NCBI RefSeq assembly: GCF_037042905.1 | Contig: NC_087251.1 | Location: 29,142,001 to 29,206,000 of the forward strand | DNA length: 64,000 nucleotides | DNA from: Lytechinus pictus | Taxonomy: Eukaryota | Reading direction: 5' to 3' | Shown here: in pieces, positions 1 to 15,000 of the stretch | How the letters are laid out: each line of letters starts with the position of its first letter | Numbering within the stretch: the first letter of the stretch is position 1 | Program-made: the position numbers and the translations under genes | The notes under the pieces: generated by a model | The model's input: only the letters and a program-made list of their open reading frames with translations | What the model was told of the DNA's origin: nothing | Databases searched by the model: none

Positions 1-3000
1 CCCCCAAACCAGCCGTCTTCGCTCCGAGGGGTCTTCTGGCATCCGAATGGGTCAATATACAAAGAATAAAGAAGATCGATTTCGAAAAGATTTTCGGGTC
101 TCTCGCCCCACCCGCGACCTGGCCAAATTGTCAGAAATTGAGCAAAATAATTTTTTTCCAAAAAAGCCCCCCTAAACCCCCCCAAACCAGCCGTCTTCGC
201 TCCGAGGGGTCTTCTGGCATCCGAATGGGTCAATATACAAAGAATAAAGAAGATCGATTTCAAAAAGATTTTCGGGTCTCTCGCCCCATCCGCGACCTGG
301 CCAAATTGTCAGAAATTGAGCAAAATAATTTTTTTTCCAAAAAAGCCCCCCTAAACACCCCCAAACCAGCCGTCTTCGCTCCGAGGGGTCTTCTGGCATC
401 CGAATGGGTCAATATACAAAGAATAAAGAAGATCGATTTCGAAAAGATTTTCGGGTCTCTCGCACTTCCCGCGACCTGGTCAAATTGTCAGAAATTGAGC
501 AAAATAATTTTTTTCCAAAAAGGCCCCCCTAAACCCCCCCAAACCAGCCGTCTTCGCTCCGAGGGGTCTTCTGGCATCCGAATGGGTCAATATACAAAGA
601 ATAAAGAAGATCGATTTCGAAAAGATTTTCGGGTCTCTCGCCCCACCCGCGACCTGGCCAAATTGTCAAAAATTGAGCAAAATAATTTTTTTTCCAAAAA
701 AGCCCCCCTAAACACCCCCAAACCAGCCGTCTTCGCTCCGAGGGGTCTTCTGGCATCCGAATGGGTCAATATACAAAGAATAAAGAAGATCGATTTCGAA
801 AAGATTTTCGGGTCTCTCGCCCCACCCGCGACCTGGCCAAATTGTCAAAAATTGAGCAAAATAATTTTTTTTCCAAAAAAGCCCCCCTAAACCCCCCAAA
901 ACCAGCCGTCTTCGCTCCGAGGGGTCTTCTGGCATCCGAATGGGTCAATATACAAAGAATAAAGAAGATCGATTTCGAAAAGATTTTCGGGTCTCTCGCC
1001 CCATGCGCGACCTGGCCAAATTGTCAGAAATTGAGCAAAATAATTTTTTTTCCAAAAAAGCCCCCCTAAACACCCCCAAACCAGCCGTCTTCGCTCCGAG
1101 GGGTCTTCTGGCATCCGAATGGGTCAATATACAAAGAATAAAGAAGATCGATTTCGAAAAGATTTTCGGGTCTCTCGCCCCACCCACGACCTGGCCAAAT
1201 TGTCAGAAATTGAGCAAAATAATTTTTTTCCAAAAAAGCCCCCCTAAACCCCCCCAAACCAGCCGTCTTCGCTCCGAGGGCATCCGAATGGGTCAATATA
1301 CAAAGAATAAAGAAGATCGATTTCGAAAAGATTTTCGGGTCTCTCGCCCCATCCGCGACCTGGCCAAATTGTCAGAAATTGAGCAAAATAATTTTTTTTC
1401 CAAAAAAGCCCCCCTAAACACCCCCAAACCAGCCGTCTTCGCTCCGAGGGGTCTTCTGGCATCCGAATGGGTCAATATACAAAGAATAAAGAAGATCGAT
1501 TTCGAAAAGATTTTCGGGTCTCTCGCCCCACCCGCGACCTGGCCAAATTGTCAGAAATTGAGCAAAATAATTTTTTTCCAAAAAAGCCCCCCTAAACCCC
1601 CCCCAAACCAGCCGTCTTCGCTCCGAGGGGTCTTCTGGCATCCGAATGGGTCAATATGCAAAGAATAAAGAAGATTGATTTCGAAAAGATTTTCGGGTCT
1701 CTCGCACTTCCCGCGACCTGGTCAAATTGTCAGAAATTGAGCAAAATAATTTTTTTCCAAAAAGGCCCCCCTAACCCCCCCCCAAACCAGCCGTCTTCGC
1801 TCCGAGGGGTCTTCTGGCATCCGAATGGGTCAATATACAAAGAATAAAGAAGATCGATTTCGAAAAGATTTTCGGGTCTCTCGCCCCACCCGCGACCTGG
1901 CCAAATTGTCAGAAATTGAGCAAAATAATTTTTTTTCCAAAAAAGCCCCCCTAAACACCCGAAAACCAGCCGTCTTCGCTCCGAGGGGTCTTCTGGCATC
2001 CGAATGGGTCAATATACAAAGAATAAAGAAGATCGATTTCGAAAAGATTTTCGGGTCTCTCGCCCCACCCGCGACCTGGCCAAATTGTCAGAAATTGAGC
2101 AAAATAATTTTTTTTCCAAAAAAGCCCCCCTAAACACCCCCAAACCAGCCGTCTTCGCTCCGAGGGGTCTTCTGGCATCCGAATGGGTCAATATACAAAG
2201 AATAAAGAAGATCGATTTCGAAAAGATTTTCGGGTCTCTCGCACTTCCCGCGACCTGGTCAAATTGTCAGAAATTGAGCAAAATAATTTTTTTCCAAAAA
2301 GGCCCCCCTAAACCCCCCCAAACCAGCCGTCTTCGCTCCGAGGGGTCTTCTGGCATCCGAATGGGTCAATATACAAAGAATAAAGAAGATCGATTTCGAA
2401 AAGATTTTCGGGTCTCTCGCCCCACCCGCGACCTGGCCAAATTGTCAGAAATTGAGCAAAATAATTTTTTTTCCAAAAAAGCCCCCCTAAACACCCCCAA
2501 ACCAGCCGTCTTTGCTCCGAGGGGTCTTCTGGCATCCGAATGGGTCAATATACAAAGAATAAAGAAGATCGATTTCGAAAAGATATTCGGGTCTCTCGCC
2601 CCATCCGCGACCTGGCCAAATTGTCAGAAATTGAGCAAAATAATTTTTTTTCCAAAAAAGCCCCCCTAAACACCCCCAAACCATCCGTCTTCGCTCCGAG
2701 GGGTCTTCTGGCATCCGAATGGGTCAATATACAAAGAATAAAGAAGATCGATTTCGATAAGATTTTCGGGTCTCTCGCCCCACCCGCGACCTGGCCAAAT
2801 TGTCAGAAATTGGGCAAAATAATTTTTTTCCAAAAAAGCCCCCCTAAACCCCCCAAACCAGCCGTCTTCGCTCCGAGGGGTCTTCTGGCATCCGAATGGG
2901 TCAATATACAAAGAATAAAGAAGATCGATTTCGAAAAGATTTTCGGGTCTCTCGCCCCACCCGCGACCTGGCCAAATTGTCAGAAATTGAGCAAAATAAT

Positions 3001-6000
3001 TTTTTTCCAAAAAAGCCCCCCTAAACCCCCCCAAACCAGCCGTCTTCGCTCCGAGGGGTCTTCTGGCATCCGAATGGGTCAATATACAAAGAATAAAGAA
3101 GATCGATTTCGAAAAGATTTTCGGGTCTCTCGCCCCATCCGCGACCTGGCCAAATTGTCAGAAATTGAGCAAAATAATTTTTTTTCCAAAAAAGCCCCCC
3201 TAAACACCCCCAAACCAGCCGTCTTCGCTCCGAGGGGTCTTCTGGCACCCGAATGGGTCAATATACAAAGAATAAAGAAGATCGATTTCGAAAAGATTTT
3301 CGGGTCTCTCGCCCCACCCGCGACCTGGCCAAATTGTCAGAAATTGGGCAAAATAATTTTTTTCCAAAAAACCCCCCTAAACCCCCCAAACCAGCCGTCT
3401 TCGCTCCGAGGGGTCTTCTGGCATCCGAATGGGTCAATATACAAAGAATAAAGAAGATCGATTTCGAAAAGATTTTCGGGTCTCTCGCCCCACCCGCGAC
3501 CTGGCCAAATTGTCAGAAATTGAGCAAAATAATTTTTTTCCAAAAAAGCCCCCCTTAACCCCCCCAAACCAGCCATCTTCGCTCCGAGGGGTCTTCTGGC
3601 ATCCGAATGGGTCAATATACAAAGAATAAAGAAGATCGATTTCGAAAAGATTTTCGGGTCTCTCGCCCCATCCGCGACCTGGCCAAATTGTCAGAAATTG
3701 AGCAAAATAATTTTTTTTCCAAAAAAGCCCCCCTAAACACCCCCAAACCAGCCGTCTTCGCTCCGAGGGGTCTTCTGGCATCCGAATGGGTCAATATACA
3801 AAGAATAAAGAAGATCGATTTCGAAAATATTTTCGGGTCTCTCGCCCCACCCGCGACCTGGCCAAATTGTCAGAAATTGAGCAAAATAATTTTTTTCCAA
3901 AAAAGCCCCCCTAAACCTCCCCAAACCAGCCGTCTTGCTCCGAGGGGTCTTCTGGCATCCGAATGGGTCAATATACAAAGAATAAAGAAGATCGATTTCA
4001 AAAAGATTTTCGGGTCTCTCGCCCCACCCGCGACCTGGCCAAATTGTCAGAAATTGGACAAAATAATTTTTTTCCAAAAAAGCCCCCCTAAACCCCCCCA
4101 AACCAGCCGTCTTCGCTCCGAGGGGTCTTCTGGCATCCGAATTGGTCAATATACAAAGAATAAAGAAGATCGATTTCAAAAAGATTTCCGGGTCTCTCGC
4201 CCCTCCCGCGACCTGGCCAAATTGTCAGAAATTGAGCAAAATAATTTTTTTCCAAAAAAGCCCCCCTAAACCCCCCCCAAACCAGCCGTCTTCGCTCCGA
4301 GGGGTCTTCTGGCATCCGAATGGGTCAATATACAAAGAATAAAGAAGATCGATTTCGAAAAGATTTTCGGGTCTCTCGCACTTCCCGCGACCTGGTCAAA
4401 TTGTCAGAAATTGAGCAAAATAATTTTTTTCCAAAAAGGCCCCCCTAAACCCCCCCAAACCAGCCGTCTTCGCTCCGAGGGGTCTTCTGGCATCCGAATG
4501 GGTCAATATACAAAGAATAAAGAAGATCGATTTCGAAAAGATTTTCGGGTCTCTCGCCCCACCCGCGACCTGGCCAAATTGTCAGAAATTGAGCAAAATA
4601 ATTTTTTTTCCAAAAAAGCCCCCCTAAACACCCCCAAACCAGCCGTCTTCGCTCCGAGGGGTCTTCTGGCATCCGAATGGGTCAATATACAAAGAATAAA
4701 GAAGATCGATTTCGAAAAGATTTTCGGGTCTCTCGCCCCACCCGCGACCTGGCCAAATTGTCAGAAATTGAGCAAAATAATTTTTTTCCAAAAAAGCCCC
4801 CCTAAACCCCCCCAAACCAGCCGTCTTCGCTCCGAGGGGTCTTCTGGCATCCGAATGGGTCAATATACAAAGAATAAAGAAGATCGATTTCAAAAAGATT
4901 TTCGGGTCTCTCGCCCCATCCGCGACCTGGCCAAATTGTCAGAAATTGAGCAAAATAATTTTTTTTCCAAAAAAGCCCCCCTAAACACCCCCAAACCAGC
5001 CGTCTTCGCTCCGAGGGGTCTTCTGGCATCCGAATGGGTCAATATACAAAGAATAAAGAAGATCGATTTCGAAAAGATTTTCGGGTCTCTCGCACTTCCC
5101 GCGACCTGGTCAAATTGTCAGAAATTGAGCAAAATAATTTTTTTCCAAAAAGGCCCCCCTAAACCCCCCCAAACCAGCCGTCTTCGCTCCGAGGGGTCTT
5201 CTGGCATCCGAATGGGTCAATATACAAAGAATAAAGAAGATCGATTTCGAAAAGATTTTCGGGTCTCTCGCCCCACCCGCGACCTGGCCAAATTGTCAAA
5301 AATTGAGCAAAATAATTTTTTTTCCAAAAAAGCCCCCCTAAACACCCCCAAACCAGCCGTCTTCGCTCCGAGGGGTCTTCTGGCATCCGAATGGGTCAAT
5401 ATACAAAGAATAAAGAAGATCGATTTCGAAAAGATTTTCGGGTCTCTCGCCCCACCCGCGACCTGGCCAAATTGTCAAAAATTGAGCAAAATAATTTTTT
5501 TTCCAAAAAAGCCCCCCTAAACCCCCCAAAACCAGCCGTCTTCGCTCCGAGGGGTCTTCTGGCATCCGAATGGGTCAATATACAAAGAATAAAGAAGATC
5601 GATTTCGAAAAGATTTTCGGGTCTCTCGCCCCATGCGCGACCTGGCCAAATTGTCAGAAATTGAGCAAAATAATTTTTTTTCCAAAAAAGCCCCCCTAAA
5701 CACCCCCAAACCAGCCGTCTTCGCTCCGAGGGGTCTTCTGGCATCCGAATGGGTCAATATACAAAGAATAAAGAAGATCGATTTCGAAAAGATTTTCGGG
5801 TCTCTCGCCCCACCCACGACCTGGCCAAATTGTCAGAAATTGAGCAAAATAATTTTTTTCCAAAAAAGCCCCCCTAAACCCCCCCAAACCAGCCGTCTTC
5901 GCTCCGAGGGCATCCGAATGGGTCAATATACAAAGAATAAAGAAGATCGATTTCGAAAAGATTTTCGGGTCTCTCGCCCCATCCGCGACCTGGCCAAATT

Positions 6001-9000
6001 GTCAGAAATTGAGCAAAATAATTTTTTTTCCAAAAAAGCCCCCCTAAACACCCCCAAACCAGCCGTCTTCGCTCCGAGGGGTCTTCTGGCATCCGAATGG
6101 GTCAATATACAAAGAATAAAGAAGATCGATTTCGAAAAGATTTTCGGGTCTCTCGCCCCACCCGCGACCTGGCCAAATTGTCAGAAATTGAGCAAAATAA
6201 TTTTTTTCCAAAAAAGCCCCCCTAAACCCCCCCCAAACCAGCCGTCTTCGCTCCGAGGGGTCTTCTGGCATCCGAATGGGTCAATATGCAAAGAATAAAG
6301 AAGATTGATTTCGAAAAGATTTTCGGGTCTCTCGCACTTCCCGCGACCTGGTCAAATTGTCAGAAATTGAGCAAAATAATTTTTTTCCAAAAAGGCCCCC
6401 CTAACCCCCCCCCAAACCAGCCGTCTTCGCTCCGAGGGGTCTTCTGGCATCCGAATGGGTCAATATACAAAGAATAAAGAAGATCGATTTCGAAAAGATT
6501 TTCGGGTCTCTCGCCCCACCCGCGACCTGGCCAAATTGTCAGAAATTGAGCAAAATAATTTTTTTTCCAAAAAAGCCCCCCTAAACACCCGAAAACCAGC
6601 CGTCTTCGCTCCGAGGGGTCTTCTGGCATCCGAATGGGTCAATATACAAAGAATAAAGAAGATCGATTTCGAAAAGATTTTCGGGTCTCTCGCCCCACCC
6701 GCGACCTGGCCAAATTGTCAGAAATTGAGCAAAATAATTTTTTTTCCAAAAAAGCCCCCCTAAACACCCCCAAACCAGCCGTCTTCGCTCCGAGGGGTCT
6801 TCTGGCATCCGAATGGGTCAATATACAAAGAATAAAGAAGATCGATTTCGAAAAGATTTTCGGGTCTCTCGCCCCATGCGCGACCTGGCCAAATTGTCAG
6901 AAATTGAGCAAAATAATTTTTTTTCCAAAAAAGCCCCCCTAAACACCCCCAAACCAGCCGTCTTCGCTCCGAGGGGTCTTCTGGCATCCGAATGGGTCAA
7001 TATACAAAGAATAAAGAAGATCGATTTCGAAAAGATTTTCGGGTCTCTCGCCCCACCCACGACCTGGCCAAATTGTCAGAAATTGAGCAAAATAATTTTT
7101 TTCCAAAAAAGCCCCCCTAAACCCCCCCAAACCATCCGTCTTCGCTCCGAGGGGTCTTCTGGCATCCGAATGGGTCAATATACAAAGAATAAAGAAGATC
7201 GATTTCGAAAAGATTTTCGGGTCTCTCGCCCCATCCGCGACCTGGCCAAATTGTCAGAAATTGGGCAAAATAATTTTTTTCCAAAAAAGCCCCCCTAAAC
7301 CCCCCAAACCAGCCGTCTTCGCTCCGAGGGGTCTTCTGGCATCCGAATGGGTCAATATACAAAGAATAAAGAAGATCGATTTCGAAAAGATTTTCGGGTC
7401 TCTCGCCCCACCCGCGACCTGGCCAAATTGTCAGAAATTGAGCAAAATAATTTTTTTCCAAAAAAGCCCCCCTAAACCCCCCCAAACCAGCCGTCTTCGC
7501 TCCGAGGGGTCTTCTGGCATCCGAATGGGTCAATATACAAAGAATAAAGAAGATCGATTTCGAAAAGATTTTCGGGTCTCTCGCCCCATCCGCGACCTGG
7601 CCAAATTGTCAGAAATTGAGCAAAATAATTTTTTTTCCAAAAAAGCCCCCCTAAACACCCCCAAACCAGCCGTCTTCGCTCCGAGGGGTCTTCTGGCACC
7701 CGAATGGGTCAATATACAAAGAATAAAGAAGATCGATTTCGAAAAGATTTTCGGGTCTCTCGCCCCACCCGCGACCTGGCCAAATTGTCAGAAATTGGGC
7801 AAAATAATTTTTTTCCAAAAAACCCCCCTAAACCCCCCAAACCAGCCGTCTTCGCTCCGAGGGGTCTTCTGGCATCCGAATGGGTCAATATACAAAGAAT
7901 AAAGAAGATCGATTTCGAAAAGATTTTCGGGTCTCTCGCCCCACCCGCGACCTGGCCAAATTGTCAGAAATTGAGCAAAATAATTTTTTTCCAAAAAAGC
8001 CCCCCTTAACCCCCCCAAACCAGCCATCTTCGCTCCGAGGGGTCTTCTGGCATCCGAATGGGTCAATATACAAAGAATAAAGAAGATCGATTTCGAAAAG
8101 ATTTTCGGGTCTCTCGCCCCATCCGCGACCTGGCCAAATTGTCAGAAATTGAGCAAAATAATTTTTTTTCCAAAAAAGCCCCCCTAAACACCCCCAAACC
8201 AGCCGTCTTCGCTCCGAGGGGTCTTCTGGCATCCGAATGGGTCAATATACAAAGAATAAAGAAGATCGATTTCGAAAATATTTTCGGGTCTCTCGCCCCA
8301 CCCGCGACCTGGCCAAATTGTCAGAAATTGAGCAAAATAATTTTTTTCCAAAAAAGCCCCCCTAAACCTCCCCAAACCAGCCGTCTTGCTCCGAGGGGTC
8401 TTCTGGCATCCGAATGGGTCAATATACAAAGAATAAAGAAGATCGATTTCAAAAAGATTTTCGGGTCTCTCGCCCCACCCGCGACCTGGCCAAATTGTCA
8501 GAAATTGGACAAAATAATTTTTTTCCAAAAAAGCCCCCCTAAACCCCCCCAAACCAGCCGTCTTCGCTCCGAGGGGTCTTCTGGCATCCGAATTGGTCAA
8601 TATACAAAGAATAAAGAAGATCGATTTCAAAAAGATTTCCGGGTCTCTCGCCCCTCCCGCGACCTGGCCAAATTGTCAGAAATTGAGCAAAATAATTTTT
8701 TTCCAAAAAAGCCCCCCTAAACCCCCCCCAAACCAGCCGTCTTCGCTCCGAGGGGTCTTCTGGCATCCGAATGGGTCAATATACAAAGAATAAAGAAGAT
8801 CGATTTCGAAAAGATTTTCGGGTCTCTCGCACTTCCCGCGACCTGGTCAAATTGTCAGAAATTGAGCAAAATAATTTTTTTCCAAAAAGGCCCCCCTAAA
8901 CCCCCCCAAACCAGCCGTCTTCGCTCCGAGGGGTCTTCTGGCATCCGAATGGGTCAATATACAAAGAATAAAGAAGATCGATTTCGAAAAGATTTTCGGG

Positions 9001-12000
9001 TCTCTCGCCCCACCCGCGACCTGGCCAAATTGTCAGAAATTGAGCAAAATAATTTTTTTTCCAAAAAAGCCCCCCTAAACACCCCCAAACCAGCCGTCTT
9101 CGCTCCGAGGGGTCTTCTGGCATCCGAATGGGTCAATATACAAAGAATAAAGAAGATCGATTTCGAAAAGATTTTCGGGTCTCTCGCCCCACCCGCGACC
9201 TGGCCAAATTGTCAGAAATTGAGCAAAATAATTTTTTTCCAAAAAAGCCCCCCTAAACCCCCCCAAACCAGCCGTCTTCGCTCCGAGGGGTCTTCTGGCA
9301 TCCGAATGGGTCAATATACAAAGAATAAAGAAGATCGATTTCAAAAAGATTTTCGGGTCTCTCGCCCCATCCGCGACCTGGCCAAATTGTCAGAAATTGA
9401 GCAAAATAATTTTTTTTCCAAAAAAGCCCCCCTAAACACCCCCAAACCAGCCGTCTTCGCTCCGAGGGGTCTTCTGGCATCCGAATGGGTCAATATACAA
9501 AGAATAAAGAAGATCGATTTCGAAAAGATTTTCGGGTCTCTCGCACTTCCCGCGACCTGGTCAAATTGTCAGAAATTGAGCAAAATAATTTTTTTCCAAA
9601 AAGGCCCCCCTAAACCCCCCCAAACCAGCCGTCTTCGCTCCGAGGGGTCTTCTGGCATCCGAATGGGTCAATATACAAAGAATAAAGAAGATCGATTTCG
9701 AAAAGATTTTCGGGTCTCTCGCCCCACCCGCGACCTGGCCAAATTGTCAAAAATTGAGCAAAATAATTTTTTTTCCAAAAAAGCCCCCCTAAACACCCCC
9801 AAACCAGCCGTCTTCGCTCCGAGGGGTCTTCTGGCATCCGAATGGGTCAATATACAAAGAATAAAGAAGATCGATTTCGAAAAGATTTTCGGGTCTCTCG
9901 CCCCACCCGCGACCTGGCCAAATTGTCAAAAATTGAGCAAAATAATTTTTTTTCCAAAAAAGCCCCCCTAAACCCCCCAAAACCAGCCGTCTTCGCTCCG
10001 AGGGGTCTTCTGGCATCCGAATGGGTCAATATACAAAGAATAAAGAAGATCGATTTCGAAAAGATTTTCGGGTCTCTCGCCCCATGCGCGACCTGGCCAA
10101 ATTGTCAGAAATTGAGCAAAATAATTTTTTTTCCAAAAAAGCCCCCCTAAACACCCCCAAACCAGCCGTCTTCGCTCCGAGGGGTCTTCTGGCATCCGAA
10201 TGGGTCAATATACAAAGAATAAAGAAGATCGATTTCGAAAAGATTTTCGGGTCTCTCGCCCCACCCACGACCTGGCCAAATTGTCAGAAATTGAGCAAAA
10301 TAATTTTTTTCCAAAAAAGCCCCCCTAAACCCCCCCAAACCAGCCGTCTTCGCTCCGAGGGGTCTTCTGGCATCCGAATGGGTCAATATACAAAGAATAA
10401 AGAAGATCGATTTCGAAAAGATTTTCGGGTCTCTCGCCCCATCCGCGACCTGGCCAAATTGTCAGAAATTGAGCAAAATAATTTTTTTTCCAAAAAAGCC
10501 CCCCTAAACACCCCCAAACCAGCCGTCTTCGCTCCGAGGGGTCTTCTGGCATCCGAATGGGTCAATATACAAAGAATAAAGAAGATCGATTTCGAAAAGA
10601 TTTTCGGGTCTCTCGCCCCACCCGCGACCTGGCCAAATTGTCAGAAATTGGGCAAAATAATTTTTTTCCAAAAAAGCCCCCCTAAACCCCTCCAAACCAG
10701 CCGTCTTCGCTCCGAGGGGTCTTCTGGCATCCGAATGGGTCAATATACAAAGAATAAAGAAGATCGATTTCGAAAAGATTTTCGGGTCTCTCGCCCCTCC
10801 CGCGACCTGGCCAAATTGTCAGAAATTGAGCAAAATAATTTTTTTCCAAAAAAGCCCCCCTAAACCCCCCCCAAACCAGCCGTCTTCGCTCCGAGGGGTC
10901 TTCTGGCATCCGAATGGGTCAATATGCAAAGAATAAAGAAGATTGATTTCGAAAAGATTTTCGGGTCTCTCGCACTTCCCGCGACCTGGTCAAATTGTCA
11001 GAAATTGAGCAAAATAATTTTTTTCCAAAAAGGCCCCCCTAACCCCCCCCCAAACCAGCCGTCTTCGCTCCGAGGGGTCTTCTGGCATCCGAATGGGTCA
11101 ATATACAAAGAATAAAGAAGATCGATTTCGAAAAGATTTTCGGGTCTCTCGCCCCACCCGCGACCTGGCCAAATTGTCAGAAATTGAGCAAAATAATTTT
11201 TTTTCCAAAAAAGCCCCCCTAAACACCCCCAAACCAGCCGTCTTCGCTCCGAGGGGTCTTCTGGCATCCGAATGGGTCAATATACAAAGAATAAAGAAGA
11301 TCGATTTCGAAAAGATTTTCGGGTCTCTCGCCCCACCCGCGACCTGGCCAAATTGTCAGAAATTGAGCAAAATAATTTTTTTTCCAAAAAAGCCCCCCTA
11401 AACACCCCCAAACCAGCCGTCTTCGCTCCGAGGGGTCTTCTGGCATCCGAATGGGTCAATATACAAAGAATAAAGAAGATCGATTTCGAAAAGATTTTCG
11501 GGTCTCTCGCCCCACCCGCGACCTGGCCAAATTGTCAAAAATTGAGCAAAATAATTTTTTTTCCAAAAAAGCCCCCCTAAACCCCCCAAAACCAGCCGTC
11601 TTCGCTCCGAGGGGTCTTCTGGCATCCGAATGGGTCAATATACAAAGAATAAAGAAGATCGATTTCGAAAAGATTTTCGGGTCTCTCGCCCCATGCGCGA
11701 CCTGGCCAAATTGTCAGAAATTGAGCAAAATAATTTTTTTTCCAAAAAAGCCCCCCTAAACACCCCCAAACCAGCCGTCTTCGCTCCGAGGGGTCTTCTG
11801 GCATCCGAATGGGTCAATATACAAAGAATAAAGAAGATCGATTTCGAAAAGATTTTCGGGTCTCTCGCCCCACCCACGACCTGGCCAAATTGTCAGAAAT
11901 TGAGCAAAATAATTTTTTTCCAAAAAAGCCCCCCAAAACCCCCCCAAACCAGCCGTCTTCGCTCCGAGGGGTCTTCTGGCATCCGAATGGGTCAATATAC

Positions 12001-15000
12001 AAAGAATAAAGAAGATCGATTTCGAAAAGATTTTCGGGTCTCTCGCCCCATCCGCGACCTGGCCAAATTGTCAGAAATTGAGCAAAATAATTTTTTTTCC
12101 AAAAAAGCCCCCCTAAACACCCCCAAACCAGCCGTCTTCGCTCCGAGGGGTCTTCTGGCATCCGAATGGGTCAATATACAAAGAATAAAGAAGATCGATT
12201 TCGAAAAGATTTTCGGGTCTCTCGCCCCACCCGCGACCTGGCCAAATTGTCAGAAATTGGGCAAAATAATTTTTTTCCAAAAAAGCCCCCCTAAACCCCT
12301 CCAAACCAGCCGTCTTCGCTCCGAGGGGTCTTCTGGCATCCGAATGGGTCAATATACAAAGAATAAAGAAGATCGATTTCGAAAAGATTTTCGGGTCTCT
12401 CGCCCCTCCCGCGACCTGGCCAAATTGTCAGAAATTGAGCAAAATAATTTTTTTCCAAAAAAGCCCCCCTAAACCCCCCCCAAACCAGCCGTCTTCGCTC
12501 CGAGGGGTCTTCTGGCATCCGAATGGGTCAATATGCAAAGAATAAAGAAGATTGATTTCGAAAAGATTTTCGGGTCTCTCGCACTTCCCGCGACCTGGTC
12601 AAATTGTCAGAAATTGAGCAAAATAATTTTTTTCCAAAAAGGCCCCCCTAACCCCCCCCCAAACCAGCCGTCTTCGCTCCGAGGGGTCTTCTGGCATCCG
12701 AATGGGTCAATATACAAAGAATAAAGAAGATCGATTTCGAAAAGATTTTCGGGTCTCTCGCCCCACCCGCGACCTGGCCAAATTGTCAGAAATTGAGCAA
12801 AATAATTTTTTTTCCAAAAAAGCCCCCCTAAACACCCCCAAACCAGCCGTCTTCGCTCCGAGGGGTCTTCTGGCATCCGAATGGGTCAATATACAAAGAA
12901 TAAAGAAGATCGATTTCGAAAAGATTTTCGGGTCTCTCGCCCCACCCGCGACCTGGCCAAATTGTCAGAAATTGAGCAAAATAATTTTTTTTCCAAAAAA
13001 GCCCCCCTAAACACCCCCAAACCAGCCGTCTTCGCTCCGAGGGGTCTTCTGGCATCCGAATGGGTCAATATACAAAGAATAAAGAAGATCGATTTCGAAA
13101 AGATTTTCGGGTCTCTCGCCCCACCCGCGACCTGGCCAAATTGTCAAAAATTGAGCAAAATAATTTTTTTTCCAAAAAAGCCCCCCTAAACCCCCCAAAA
13201 CCAGCCGTCTTCGCTCCGAGGGGTCTTCTGGCATCCGAATGGGTCAATATACAAAGAATAAAGAAGATCGATTTCGAAAAGATTTTCGGGTCTCTCGCCC
13301 CATGCGCGACCTGGCCAAATTGTCAGAAATTGAGCAAAATAATTTTTTTTCCAAAAAAGCCCCCCTAAACACCCCCAAACCAGCCGTCTTCGCTCCGAGG
13401 GGTCTTCTGGCATCCGAATGGGTCAATATACAAAGAATAAAGAAGATCGATTTCGAAAAGATTTTCGGGTCTCTCGCCCCACCCACGACCTGGCCAAATT
13501 GTCAGAAATTGAGCAAAATAATTTTTTTCCAAAAAAGCCCCCCAAAACCCCCCCAAACCAGCCGTCTTCGCTCCGAGGGGTCTTCTGGCATCCGAATGGG
13601 TCAATATACAAAGAATAAAGAAGATCGATTTCGAAAAGATTTTCGGGTCTCTCGCCCCATCCGCGACCTGGCCAAATTGTCAGAAATTGAGCAAAATAAT
13701 TTTTTTTCCAAAAAAGCCCCCCTAAACACCCCCAAACCAGCCGTCTTCGCTCCGAGGGGTCTTCTGGCATCCGAATGGGTCAATATACAAAGAATAAAGA
13801 AGATCGATTTCGAAAAGATTTTCGGGTCTCTCGCCCCACCCGCGACCTGGCCAAATTGTCAGAAATTGGGCAAAATAATTTTTTTCCAAAAAAGCCCCCC
13901 TAAACCCCTCCAAACCAGCCGTCTTCGCTCCGAGGGGTCTTCTGGCATCCGAATGGGTCAATATACAAAGAATAAAGAAGATCGATTTCGAAAAGATTTT
14001 CGGGTCTCTCGCCCCTCCCGCGACCTGGCCAAATTGTCAGAAATTGAGCAAAATAATTTTTTTCCAAAAAAGCCCCCCTAAACCCCCCCCAAACCAGCCG
14101 TCTTCGCTCCGAGGGGTCTTCTGGCATCCGAATGGGTCAATATGCAAAGAATAAAGAAGATTGATTTCGAAAAGATTTTCGGGTCTCTCGCACTTCCCGC
14201 GACCTGGTCAAATTGTCAGAAATTGAGCAAAATAATTTTTTTCCAAAAAGGCCCCCCTAACCCCCCCCCAAACCAGCCGTCTTCGCTCCGAGGGGTCTTC
14301 TGGCATCCGAATGGGTCAATATACAAAGAATAAAGAAGATCGATTTCGAAAAGATTTTCGGGTCTCTCGCCCCACCCGCGACCTGGCCAAATTGTCAGAA
14401 ATTGAGCAAAATAATTTTTTTTCCAAAAAAGCCCCCCTAAACACCCCCAAACCAGCCGTCTTCGCTCCGAGGGGTCTTCTGGCATCCGAATGGGTCAATA
14501 TACAAAGAATAAAGAAGATCGATTTCGAAAAGATTTTCGGGTCTCTCGCCCCACCCGCGACCTGGCCAAATTGTCAGAAATTGAGCAAAATAATTTTTTT
14601 TCCAAAAAAGCCCCCCTAAACACCCCCAAACCAGCCGTCTTCGCTCCGAGGGGTCTTCTGGCATCCGAATGGGTCAATATACAAAGAATAAAGAAGATCG
14701 ATTTCGAAAAGATTTTCGGGTCTCTCGCCCCACCCGCGACCTGGCCAAATTGTCAAAAATTGAGCAAAATAATTTTTTTTCCAAAAAAGCCCCCCTAAAC
14801 CCCCCAAAACCAGCCGTCTTCGCTCCGAGGGGTCTTCTGGCATCCGAATGGGTCAATATACAAAGAATAAAGAAGATCGATTTCGAAAAGATTTTCGGGT
14901 CTCTCGCCCCATGCGCGACCTGGCCAAATTGTCAGAAATTGAGCAAAATAATTTTTTTTCCAAAAAAGCCCCCCTAAACACCCCCAAACCAGCCGTCTTC

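Noticed and set aside
79..98. CENP-B box-like TTCG...CGGG in the monomer
   Set aside because: The spacer is 10 nt (AAAAGATTTT), not the 7 nt of the CENP-B box core.
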